Shown: positions 19,017 through 27,408, numbered from the stretch's first letter. The stretch is 48,327 nt of DNA from Gemmatimonadaceae bacterium (GCA_046597595.1 JBKJKH010000651.1:1-48327), one strand, 5' to 3'. Numbers and translations: made by a program. The notes: a model not told the origin generated them from the sequence alone.

Positions 19017-19969
19017 GCGTCGCGGAGCGTCAACTCGAATACCGCATCGATGCCCGCTACTTCTCCGTTGTGCCGGGGACGCGCGTAATCATCGAATGTC
19101 AACGCGCCGAGAAACTCGCGATGCGCAGCGGGCAGCCGTGGATCCTGCAGCGCGGCGTACCGTCCGGGAAGCAACCCCATCTCGTGGAGCGAAATCGCGG
19201 CACCCACGAAACGGCCATCGAAGCCCGCTTCGGCACAGAGCGAAAGGAACTGAGCCGGTTCATAGCTCGTGGAAATAGGGCAATCCGGGCCGTCCGTGCT
19301 GCGCCGAAATGCATCCTCGAGCGAGCACGTTGCATCGATCCCCTGGAGGATCCGGCGTTGATACGCGACATACAGGTGCATCCAAAGGCTTGCGCGATTA
19401 TAGACCATGATCCCGGCGCGCCCGCCGGGGCGCAAAATGCGGCGGAACTCACGCATGATCTCAAGCGGATCTGGCGTGTGATGAAGCACTCCTGACGAGT
19501 GCACATAATCGACGCTCGCGTCCTCGAACGGCAGTCGGCCCTCGTCCTCCCGGATCAGTATGAGCTCCGCTGTGCCAGGATGCAGTGCGAGGCGCTCCTT
19601 CGCCTGCGCGAGCGACGCCGAGGAGACATCGACCCCTATCAGGCGACCTGGACGCGACCGCTCGAGAAAACCGACCAGGTCGTTGCCTGGGCCGCACCCG
19701 TAGTCGACGACCACTTCGCCATCATGCCCTGCGGCAGGCAGCAATGCGTCGTAGAACAGGTACTGCGCGTTTCGCCAGGCAAGGTACTCGAGTGAGTGTG
19801 CGCGGCTCGTGAACCGCTCGTGCTGGGTGACGTTGTGGCGTGTCCAATACGCCGCGCTCGTCTCGCCGCTGCCATCCGGCGGCGCGTGGATCCGCGAGCG
19901 AAAGCGACGAAAGAATCCTGGCATGAACTCCAACTGTGCGACGTGCCGGCTGCAAAATGACCGGCGCAT
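19013..19969 (-). CDS. Class I SAM-dependent methyltransferase
   Basis: Motif I VVDYGCGPGNDL, LPFEDASVDYVHSSGVLHH, ILRPGGRAGIMVY. Its stop overlaps the downstream start by 4 nt. Alternative start ATG 19924 (MPGFFRRF). Confidence 0.85.
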   Translation of the reverse strand: MRRSFCSRHVAQLEFMPGFFRRFRSRIHAPPDGSGETSAAYWTRHNVTQHERFTSRAHSLEYLAWRNAQYLFYDALLPAAGHDGEVVVDYGCGPGNDLVGFLERSRPGRLIGVDVSSASLAQAKERLALHPGTAELILIREDEGRLPFEDASVDYVHSSGVLHHTPDPLEIMREFRRILRPGGRAGIMVYNRASLWMHLYVAYQRRILQGIDATCSLEDAFRRSTDGPDCPISTSYEPAQFLSLCAEAGFDGRFVGAAISLHEMGLLPGRYAALQDPRLPAAHREFLGALTFDDYARPRHNGEVAGIDAVFELTLRDA

Positions 19970-19984
19970 CAGAGGACAGCGCGG

Positions 19985-20773
19985 TTACTTTCGCGCTGTG
20001 AAATAGAGGTCCAGGCCCGCAACCTTGCCGAGCGTGGCCAGCCAGGCGTCGCGAGGGATTCGCGACGCCAACCTTGTGCTGAGCTCAGAGCCTTCGAAGT
20101 TCTGTTGCTCAGTGCGCACTTCGCGGAACGAGGAAAAAAGCCGCCGCACATCCGCCTTCGAGTAGACCATCCCATAGGGATTGCCCGCACCATCGTACAT
20201 CTCGTTGATGCACTCCTGCGCGGACCGACCCTTCCACCTGCCGAAACGGCGCTGGAGCGGGATGTACATCCGATACCGATATGAATTCTTGTAATACACC
20301 ATTCCCTTGAATGCGCCGCCCGGCTTGAGCACGCGATGAATTTCCGCGACGGCGCGATCGATCTCGGGGATGTGATGCAGGCATCCGATGCTGACCACCT
20401 GGTCGAGCGAGGCGTCAGGAAGGGGGATCTCGGTCGCTGACCCATTGATGAGCCGTAGTCCGAGCCCGAACTCCTTGTCGCGCTTCTGATTGAGGGCGAT
20501 GGTGCCGATTGACGAATCAAGCCCGTACGCTTCGTCCGCCACGCGTGCAAACCGGCCCAGCGTGAAACCCGAACCAAGCCCGATCTCCATCACCTTTTGC
20601 CCTTGCATCGATTGCACATCGAGAAAGGGAAGGAGGTACGGATACAGCGCCTCGTAGTAGGGATCGAAGGACTCGAAGTATTCCCGACTGCCCGGAGGCA
20701 GATGCGCGAAATGCCCGGTGCCGCAGGGATTCGCGCTCCAGAAATTACGGATACGCTCAGTGAGACTGTTCAT
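19985..20773 (-). CDS. Class I SAM-dependent methyltransferase
   Basis: Start moved to ATG 20773 (MNSLTERIRNFW), which overlaps the upstream TGA (ATGA). Motif I VMEIGLGSGFTL, VVSIGCLHH, VLKPGGAFKGMVY. The listed ORF to 20911 runs into the upstream gene. Confidence 0.85.
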   Translation of the reverse strand: MNSLTERIRNFWSANPCGTGHFAHLPPGSREYFESFDPYYEALYPYLLPFLDVQSMQGQKVMEIGLGSGFTLGRFARVADEAYGLDSSIGTIALNQKRDKEFGLGLRLINGSATEIPLPDASLDQVVSIGCLHHIPEIDRAVAEIHRVLKPGGAFKGMVYYKNSYRYRMYIPLQRRFGRWKGRSAQECINEMYDGAGNPYGMVYSKADVRRLFSSFREVRTEQQNFEGSELSTRLASRIPRDAWLATLGKVAGLDLYFTARK

Positions 20774-22197
20774 CGCGCGGACGAAACTGTTCCCGGCGTG
20801 TCGGCTTCCGTCCGAACCCGAGGCACCCGCCACCCGGCAATCTCTTCCCCCCGCAGCAGCTGCGCGTAAATGTCGCCGAGACGGCGACCCCCCGCCTCGT
20901 CGGAGAACCACTTGAGCGCGAACTCACGACTGCGGCGGCCAATCTCACGGCGCTTGTCCGGATGCTCAATGAGATCGCGCAGGACATCGTAGACGGTTTC
21001 GGGCGTCGCACTCACGACGGGAAGGTCGTCCACGAAGTCGGGAATTTCCAGCCGAATTGTCTCGAGCCACGCCGGGCGCAGATAGCACACGGCCGGAATG
21101 CCCATCATGAGTGCTTCACGCACGTTAGCTCCAAAAAAGCCCACCGTCAGCATGTCAACCACAATGTCGGCCTGTGCCTGGTAAAAGCGCAGCTGCCGGT
21201 TAGGCACATCCGAGAAGAAGATCATCTCCACATCGTACCCTTCCGCCTTGAGGCGCGCGATCGTCGGCAAGTAGATGTGCGTGCTCTTGATATTCTGGTT
21301 CGACCCCGAGGCCGTCCGAATCTCGAAGTTCCCCACGGCGTGGTAGATCTTCACCGTCTGCGCCGAATACGGCAGCCGGTAGTTTGCAGGCACCATGAGG
21401 TCTGGACGCCAATGGCCAGGATCCAGGCAGAAAAACTCCGGAACCTCGTGAACGTTGGGATCGAGGTTGAAATCCGCGCGGTTGCCCATGGACGTGCACT
21501 GGTAGTCCGCCACGCGGTTGCGGAAGGTCCCCCATTTATGATTCCGCTCATCGCTGCAGATCGACGGCACGGTGCGCCACGGACAGACGGTGCACACCGG
21601 GACCTCGTCCCATTGCATGAAGGTGGATTGCAGAACGCCGTCGTTGCAGCCGGCGTTCGTGTACACAATCTTCTTTCCCAGGCGCTTCAACAGCAGCATG
21701 TCGGTCTCGACGGCGTCGCCGGCGAGATAGCGCGGGTTGAAGAAAAAGAAGTAGCGGAGGTTATCCTCGCTCGTGAAGTGAAAAATATCGTAATGATGCA
21801 CTGCGGCGCGAAGCGCTTCGATCGCAGGACGCTGCCGCGTCTTGCGCGCGCCACTGGCGAGATGCTTCATGTACGACGTCATCAGCCATTTCAGCAGTCG
21901 CTGCTCCCAGAGCCCGGCCACGCGCACCGGTCCCTGCCGCTCGAGCGTGCGCGCGTAGAGTGCCAGTGCCGCCCCGAAGAGCCATACGCCGACACGGTTC
22001 CGGGAGTAGTCCCAGTCCGCATAATCGAGCCGAATGTCGTAGCCGTGTGAGTACGGGTCAGCCCCCTCGGATGAAAACGAGAGCACGTCCGCGGCCCAGC
22101 CCCGGCGGCGAAGCGCCCGCGACAGGTAGAACGCGTTGTAGTACGCCTGCCCGATGTAGAGCACGCGCCCTTTCACGCCCGACTCCGCGCGGCTCAC
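20770..22197 (-). CDS. Unassigned GT-B-like putative glycosyltransferase, about 475 aa (paralogue of 28324-29727)
   Basis: C-terminal GFFGANVREALMMGIPAVCYL ... LPVVSATPETVYDVLRDLIEHPDKRREIGRRSREFALKWF resembles a GT-B C-domain. Alignable with 28324-29727 (NGIEGMASGLPVLSNL ... CPVVSSTPETLVHVLRALVMHPELREQLGRAGRQYAEKYH). The N-terminal half has no motif I recognise. Confidence 0.5.
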   Translation of the reverse strand: MSRAESGVKGRVLYIGQAYYNAFYLSRALRRRGWAADVLSFSSEGADPYSHGYDIRLDYADWDYSRNRVGVWLFGAALALYARTLERQGPVRVAGLWEQRLLKWLMTSYMKHLASGARKTRQRPAIEALRAAVHHYDIFHFTSEDNLRYFFFFNPRYLAGDAVETDMLLLKRLGKKIVYTNAGCNDGVLQSTFMQWDEVPVCTVCPWRTVPSICSDERNHKWGTFRNRVADYQCTSMGNRADFNLDPNVHEVPEFFCLDPGHWRPDLMVPANYRLPYSAQTVKIYHAVGNFEIRTASGSNQNIKSTHIYLPTIARLKAEGYDVEMIFFSDVPNRQLRFYQAQADIVVDMLTVGFFGANVREALMMGIPAVCYLRPAWLETIRLEIPDFVDDLPVVSATPETVYDVLRDLIEHPDKRREIGRRSREFALKWFSDEAGGRRLGDIYAQLLRGEEIAGWRVPRVRTEADTPGTVSSAR

Positions 22198-23468
22198 CTG
22201 GCATCCATGGATGGAACCTTCCAGACTGAACGCGGGCGCACAAAGCCCCGGACTTCAATGGGTCGGTAGTGATCGCCGCCGGTGGCCGCAACGTTCAAGG
22301 CCGAGAACGCCAGTGCGCGTTCCACCCAGTCCGCGGTCCATCCTGAAGAAACGCTGATTCCAACGTCGAGCACGTAGTCTCGCGGCAGGAGCGTTACATC
22401 GAGCTCCGCGACGATCTCGTGGATGCCTCGCTCGAGCGGAAAATACGGCGCGTCGCCGTCGACACTATGCACCGTGGCCACCCGCAGGCCGTCACGAGTG
22501 GAGATGCCAAGCTCGATCACCGCGTCGTCCATCGGCTTGAGCACCTCGAACAGCATCGATACGCGCACTGGCTGGCCCAGCAGCACCTGCGAGATAGGCG
22601 CGTCGTGCTGGTCGCGGAGCTCGACGCGCCGGAGGCGCGCATCACCATTCCCCATTCTGGTGGTTGCGTCCTCGATATCTCCATCCGCGCTTGCGTCGCG
22701 ATTGCCAAGGTATCGTGCGATGACGTCCGTCGGTGCGGCGTCCATTGTGATCCGCCCGCCCTCGATCAGCACCGCTCGCGAGCACAATCCCTGGACGGTC
22801 GGCATGTGATGGCTCACGAAGAGGATCGTGCGCCCCTGATTCGCGGCCGCGTCCATCCGTCCGAGACACTTCTTCTGGAACGCAGCATCTCCGACCGCGA
22901 GCACTTCGTCCACAATCAGAATCTCGGTTTCAAGATGCGCGGCAACGGCAAATGCCAGGCGCACGTACATCCCGCTCGAGTAGTGCTTTACCGGCGTATC
23001 CAGAAAATGCTCAACCTCGGAAAACGCCACGATCTCGTCGAAGCGCCGCGTGATCTCCGCGCTGCGCATGCCGAGGATTGCTCCGCTCTGATAGACGTTC
23101 TCGCGGCCGGTGAGGTCCATGTTGAATCCGGTGCCGACCTCGAGGAGCGATGCGACCCGGCCACGCATCGTGATGCGCCCGGTGGTGGGCCGCGTGATGC
23201 GGGCAAGCAGCTTGAGCAGGGTGCTCTTGCCGGCTCCATTCCTCCCGATGAAGCCGATGACCTCGCCGCGCGGAATATCGAGGGTCACGTCCCGCACGGC
23301 CCAGAGAATGTCCGAGCCATCGGATGCTCCACGATTGCGCAAGCGGTCCCATGGCGCCGCCAGGGCGTGCGCGACCCGCGCGAGCGGACCTCCGGTCGCT
23401 CGCACGCGCGGGAGCCCGATGCGATACCGCTTGCCCACTCCCTCCATGCGCACGGCCGGCTCAGTCAT
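22194..23468 (-). CDS. wzt: Polysaccharide ABC exporter ATP-binding protein (Wzt/TagH-type) with C-terminal extension of about 170 aa
   Basis: Walker A GRNGAGKSTLLKLL, signature YSSGMYVRLAFAVA, Walker B ILIVDEVLAVGD, H-loop FVSHH. Residues after about 250 (GNGDARLRRVELRDQHDAPISQVLLGQPVRVSMLFEV...) resemble the Wzt C-terminal beta-sandwich. Adjacent to the ABC-2 permease. Confidence 0.88.
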   Translation of the reverse strand: MTEPAVRMEGVGKRYRIGLPRVRATGGPLARVAHALAAPWDRLRNRGASDGSDILWAVRDVTLDIPRGEVIGFIGRNGAGKSTLLKLLARITRPTTGRITMRGRVASLLEVGTGFNMDLTGRENVYQSGAILGMRSAEITRRFDEIVAFSEVEHFLDTPVKHYSSGMYVRLAFAVAAHLETEILIVDEVLAVGDAAFQKKCLGRMDAAANQGRTILFVSHHMPTVQGLCSRAVLIEGGRITMDAAPTDVIARYLGNRDASADGDIEDATTRMGNGDARLRRVELRDQHDAPISQVLLGQPVRVSMLFEVLKPMDDAVIELGISTRDGLRVATVHSVDGDAPYFPLERGIHEIVAELDVTLLPRDYVLDVGISVSSGWTADWVERALAFSALNVAATGGDHYRPIEVRGFVRPRSVWKVPSMDAR

Positions 23469-23474
23469 CCGGCG

Positions 23475-24311
23475 TCAGACCACATCGGCGAACGTCTCCT
23501 CGGTACGGGAGAAGTAGACCACGCCGATCCAGAGCAGCAATGCCCCCTCCAGCGCGACTGCCACCAGCCCGGACGCCGGGAAAGTCCCGACGCCGAGCAC
23601 CGCCCAGCGGAAACCATCCATGAGTCCCGTCAGCGGATTCAAGTCGTACAGCGGACGCCACTGCGCGGGAATGAGCGACGCAGCATACAGGATCGGCGAC
23701 GCAAAGAGCCACACCTGCATCGTGAACGGCATCACGTAGGTCACGTCGCGATGGCGGACATTCACCGCAGCCAGGCACAGCCCAAGTCCCATCGCCACGA
23801 GGAACGCCAGCAGCAACACGACGGGAACGAACAGCATCGTCCAGCCCGGCATCCAGCGGAAATAGAACATCATGCCGACGAGCGCGACGAACGACACCGC
23901 AAAATCGAGAAACGACGGCATTGACGTCGAGAGCGGGATGATCAGGCGCGGGAAGTAGACCTTGGAGAGCAGGCCCGCGTTCGCGACCAGGCTGCCCGAC
24001 ACGCGTTGCAGTACCGCGGAGAAGAATTGCCAGAGGAGCAGACCTGAAAAGACGAACAATGCGTACGGCACACCATCGGACTGAAGCTTCGCGATGCGCC
24101 CGAAGATGATCGTGAACACCAGCGTCGAAAGCAGCGGCTGCACGATGGCCCACGCAGCGCCGAGCACGGTCTGCTTGTACTTGAGCGCGACGTCCCGCCA
24201 CGCGAGAAAAAACAGCAGGTCCCGATAGGCCCACAGGTCACGCATCTTCGGGAGGGACAGCGTTCCTGCCGGCTCGATGACGGTCACGTCCTCAACGGCG
24301 GTCGTGCTCAT
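23475..24311 (-). CDS. wzm: Polysaccharide ABC exporter permease (ABC-2 type, Wzm/TagG)
   Basis: LWAYRDLLFFLAWRDVALKYKQTVLGAAWAIVQPLL is the typical ABC-2 N-terminal signature. About 6 TM segments. Directly upstream of wzt. Confidence 0.88.
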   Translation of the reverse strand: MSTTAVEDVTVIEPAGTLSLPKMRDLWAYRDLLFFLAWRDVALKYKQTVLGAAWAIVQPLLSTLVFTIIFGRIAKLQSDGVPYALFVFSGLLLWQFFSAVLQRVSGSLVANAGLLSKVYFPRLIIPLSTSMPSFLDFAVSFVALVGMMFYFRWMPGWTMLFVPVVLLLAFLVAMGLGLCLAAVNVRHRDVTYVMPFTMQVWLFASPILYAASLIPAQWRPLYDLNPLTGLMDGFRWAVLGVGTFPASGLVAVALEGALLLWIGVVYFSRTEETFADVV

Positions 24312-25051
24312 GACGAGACGTCCGCGACCTGGACAGGCTTGCCGAGCATGGCTCGCGTCGCGTCCGGACCGCAGCGCATCAGCGCGTCGACGGCGGACAG
24401 GCCGGCATGGAAGTCCGGTGTTCCTTGCACGTATTCAGGATGCAGGAAGGGCTGATACAACAACTCGACGCCTGCGTTGGCAAAGACTGGATCGCTCTGG
24501 TACCCGGCCGCGCCGTTGCCGCACAAATACGCAGAGCCTCCCGTAGCACGCACGAGAGTCACCAGCCGCTCCGTGCTCGTTCCCACTGCGCCAAGCGCTG
24601 ACGAGGCAACCATGCGCGACGCGTCCAGGCCGAGCAGCGTCGCAAGACTGCGTAATCCGGCAAGGTTCAGGTCGAGCAGCGACCCCGTCGCGGGTTCCAG
24701 CATTCCTTTCAGGGTCGGAAAGATGATTTCGAAAAACGGCGCCCGGCGATAGCTCTGCTCGATCGTCCTCAGGAGCTTCGCGCGCCATGGGGTCCGCTCG
24801 TCGATCTCCATCTCACGGATCTCACGAAGCCCCGTGTACGCGCGCACCACTGGTACGGTGGCCCACCATGGTTGCCCCCCAACCAGTATGCGCACGCGAT
24901 TGACCCAGCTGCCCGTGCCCCCGGCGCCCTTCGAGAACTGGACGTCGTCCAGATACACGAAGGTGTCGGCCCGCGCCATCTTGTCGAAGTACCCCAACCA
25001 CGGCAGGAAATTCGGCTGATGGATCGCAACGACCGGTCGAAGGGACATCAC
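24308..25051 (-). CDS. WbqC-like family protein (function unknown, glycan-locus associated)
   Basis: VAIHQPNFLPWLGYFDKMARADTFVYLDDVQFSKG is the characteristic WbqC-family N-terminal signature. Its stop overlaps the wzm start by 4 nt. Confidence 0.7.
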   Translation of the reverse strand: MMSLRPVVAIHQPNFLPWLGYFDKMARADTFVYLDDVQFSKGAGGTGSWVNRVRILVGGQPWWATVPVVRAYTGLREIREMEIDERTPWRAKLLRTIEQSYRRAPFFEIIFPTLKGMLEPATGSLLDLNLAGLRSLATLLGLDASRMVASSALGAVGTSTERLVTLVRATGGSAYLCGNGAAGYQSDPVFANAGVELLYQPFLHPEYVQGTPDFHAGLSAVDALMRCGPDATRAMLGKPVQVADVSS

Positions 25052-25168
25052 AAATATTGTTTGGACGGCGCGAGCGGCCGGACCTCAGTGGGAGCCCTGG
25101 AGTAGTTGCGTGAAGCGCGGTTCAACCTGAAGGCAACCAGACAATCTAAGTCACAGTGGCATCAGAGG
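25052..25168 (-). promoter_or_regulatory. Candidate internal promoter/processing gap upstream of wbqC-like-wzm-wzt
   Basis: The only gap over 40 nt (117 nt) inside the otherwise overlapping 16-gene minus-strand train. No convincing hairpin or promoter consensus seen. Confidence 0.25.
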
Positions 25169-26524
25169 CTAGCTCGCTTCTGGACCCTCGGGCGCGAACT
25201 CCGCGCGAAGGATGCCCATGACGATGACGTCTTCCCGCCGGTCATCGATGTTGGCCGCTTGGCGCAACAGACCTTCCTCCACGAAGCCGACGCGCCGGTA
25301 GGCCCGAATCGCCGCGACATTCGACGAAAACACATGCAGGAATATCCGCTGCAGCTCCAGCGGGCCAAAGCCGATTGCCAACAGCGCGTGCAGCGCGGCC
25401 GTTCCGGCGCCGTGCCCCTGCGCTGAGCGCTCACCAATGCGAATCTGAAGTTCGGCGGTTCGATGCACTGGATCGATGCTGTGGAGCTGGCAACTCCCGA
25501 TGAGCGCGCCATCCCGCGTTCGAATGCCGCGAATCACCACATCCTCTCGATTGCGGATGCGCGAAAACCACGCCGCGTGCTCGGTCTCGCTGACGGGGCG
25601 GAATGCCGAGCTGCGCAGGACAAGCTCGCGATCATTGATCCACGCGAAGAGCGTCGGCGAATCTTCGTCTCTCAAGGGCTCGAGGACCACGGTGGCTCGA
25701 GCCTTCGAGCGGTGCGTCTCCGTGGACGCGAAGCGTGGGTCCACTTTCCGCTCCGCAAGCGGTGGAAGCGGAGCACCGCGCCGAATCCCGATGTGGCGCC
25801 GCTCGCCGTATGCCGCTTCCCGCTCAGCGAGACTGCCCTCCATCATGTCGAAGGCGTGAGCCAGCATGGCGTCCCACTTGTCCGGCACGCTGCACCGCGC
25901 CGCGGTCCACCATTCCGGGTGAATCAGCAATTGCAGGAGCGGGTATCGCCGATCCGTGAGCAGGGCTGCAGGGTGACCTTCCTTCCAGTTCGTGTTGCTG
26001 TCGGACAGGTAGTGGAAGCCGGCGACGTCGGCCCGGTCGTACGTATTGATGCAGTTGGTACGGATTTCGTTCGCCAATACGCGCGGCCCAGGCTGATGAA
26101 AGGAAACGACGTCCACCGCGGCACCAAACTCCGCGGCGAGCTGCGCGCGCTCCTCGTCCACGCGAAGTGCAATATCGTCGACGCCTGCGCTCGTGTACCG
26201 CCGCTCGTCGAAGTGCAGGCCCAGCCAGTGCCCGAGCGAAAGGATCTCGCTGACGAGGCGATGCGCCGGCTCGGCAAGAGCGTTGTACATCGTCGAGCGC
26301 AGCAGGATGAAGTACGTGCTGCGCACCCCTTCATCGGCCTCGATGCGCGCAAGGTCGAGGCTCGCGACCAGGTCGTTGTCGCAATCATGACGCAGCACAA
26401 GCGACGGATGGACGCCGCTCCGGCTTGCGTTCATGTCACCAAAGGCGATGAACGCATAACCCGCCGCCTTACCGGCGCGCAGGATATCGCGGTAGTCGTC
26501 GTGCGTGAACGCGGGCGAGGTCAC
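25169..26524 (-). CDS. Two-domain protein: N-terminal ArnD/CE4-like (polysaccharide deacetylase/deformylase-like) domain fused to C-terminal GNAT N-acyltransferase (RimL/PseH-like)
   Basis: N-terminal LVLRHDCDNDLVASLDLARIEADEGVRSTYFIL resembles the ArnD-type RxDVD...StFF motif. C-terminal VVLEPLRDEDSPTLFAWIND ... IGERSAQGHGAGTAALHALLAIGFGPLELQRIFLHVFSSNVAAIRAYRRVGFVEEG is a GNAT A/B motif region. Confidence 0.6.
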   Translation of the reverse strand: MTSPAFTHDDYRDILRAGKAAGYAFIAFGDMNASRSGVHPSLVLRHDCDNDLVASLDLARIEADEGVRSTYFILLRSTMYNALAEPAHRLVSEILSLGHWLGLHFDERRYTSAGVDDIALRVDEERAQLAAEFGAAVDVVSFHQPGPRVLANEIRTNCINTYDRADVAGFHYLSDSNTNWKEGHPAALLTDRRYPLLQLLIHPEWWTAARCSVPDKWDAMLAHAFDMMEGSLAEREAAYGERRHIGIRRGAPLPPLAERKVDPRFASTETHRSKARATVVLEPLRDEDSPTLFAWINDRELVLRSSAFRPVSETEHAAWFSRIRNREDVVIRGIRTRDGALIGSCQLHSIDPVHRTAELQIRIGERSAQGHGAGTAALHALLAIGFGPLELQRIFLHVFSSNVAAIRAYRRVGFVEEGLLRQAANIDDRREDVIVMGILRAEFAPEGPEAS

Positions 26525-27408
26525 AGCATGCCGCGCAGGCCTTCACGCAACGACACGGCAGGTTTCACGCGTAGAATGTCGCGCATCCGGCTCGTATCCG
26601 CCACGAGATCTGCGCCGGGCGTCGAGAGGTGCCGAACTCGAGGCGGTACTCCTGTCACCTCACCGATAACGTGGACGAGTTGTGAGAAGGTGACGACCTC
26701 GTCGCCCGCGATGTTGAATGTGCCTCCCACGTCGTCCGACAGCACAGGGGCGAAGATGCGGGCCGCGTCAGACACGTGGATGGGATTCAGGCGCATGCCT
26801 GGATCACCCTCGATCGTTACCTCCTCGCCGGCACGCACGCGCGCGAGCAGGTTGGACATCAGCAGGCCAGTCTGCCCGGCGCCGTAGAGAAAAAAGAAAC
26901 GCAGCGTGGTCGTGCGCAGGTCGTGCGCATAATTCCGCACCAGGAGTTCGGCGGCGTACTTGCTCGTGAAGTAGAAATTGAGCCGGCTGGCGGGATTGGC
27001 TTCGAGGAACTTCTCGGGGCTGACGCTGTCACTTTCGACGAAAGGAGCACTGCCGAGCCCGTAGAGACCGCCCGTAGACGCGAGCACGAATCGCTCCGCG
27101 CCGGAGCGGCGTGCGTACTCCAGCAGATTCAGTGTGCTCGAGACGTTGACGTTGAAGATGGAATGGGCCTGCTCTGGAAACTCCCGATATTCGCGCGCCT
27201 GCGCGAGGTGGATGACTGCATCGACCCGGGAGGGGAGGCGTGACTCGTCCAGCGGCCGGGCGAGGTCCGCTGCGATGCACTCGACACCGCGAGGGCAATG
27301 CGCCGGCAGGTCGCGCACAATGGCTGTGACCTCGTGCGTTTCCCGCAGGGACTCGACGAGGGTGCTGCCGAGGAAGCCGGCGGCACCCGTGATCAGGACG
27401 CGGCTCAC
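26521..27408 (-). CDS. NAD-dependent epimerase/dehydratase/reductase (extended SDR)
   Basis: MSRVLITGAAGFLGSTLV, ASTGGLYG, YFTSKYAAE (YxxxK). 4-nt overlaps on both sides. Confidence 0.85.
   Translation of the reverse strand: MSRVLITGAAGFLGSTLVESLRETHEVTAIVRDLPAHCPRGVECIAADLARPLDESRLPSRVDAVIHLAQAREYREFPEQAHSIFNVNVSSTLNLLEYARRSGAERFVLASTGGLYGLGSAPFVESDSVSPEKFLEANPASRLNFYFTSKYAAELLVRNYAHDLRTTTLRFFFLYGAGQTGLLMSNLLARVRAGEEVTIEGDPGMRLNPIHVSDAARIFAPVLSDDVGGTFNIAGDEVVTFSQLVHVIGEVTGVPPRVRHLSTPGADLVADTSRMRDILRVKPAVSLREGLRGML

Noticed and set aside
22419-23924. 501-aa ORF on the plus strand, the longest unexplained ORF in the track
   Set aside because: It lies entirely antisense to wzt and wzm, which carry unambiguous Walker/ABC-2 motifs. 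Its translation is Arg/His/Asp/Pro-rich with no motif. Long stop-free antisense frames are expected at this GC content.
23461-24234. 257-aa minus-strand ORF overlapping wzm in another frame
   Set aside because: It is on the same strand but a different frame from the 278-aa ORF that carries the ABC-2 signature and regular TM segments. This frame is Arg-rich and non-membrane-like.
25463-26887. 474-aa plus-strand ORF
   Set aside because: It is antisense to the CE4-like/GNAT gene and the SDR at 26521-27408. It has low-complexity R/A/P-rich composition and no recognisable domain. It is a shadow ORF.
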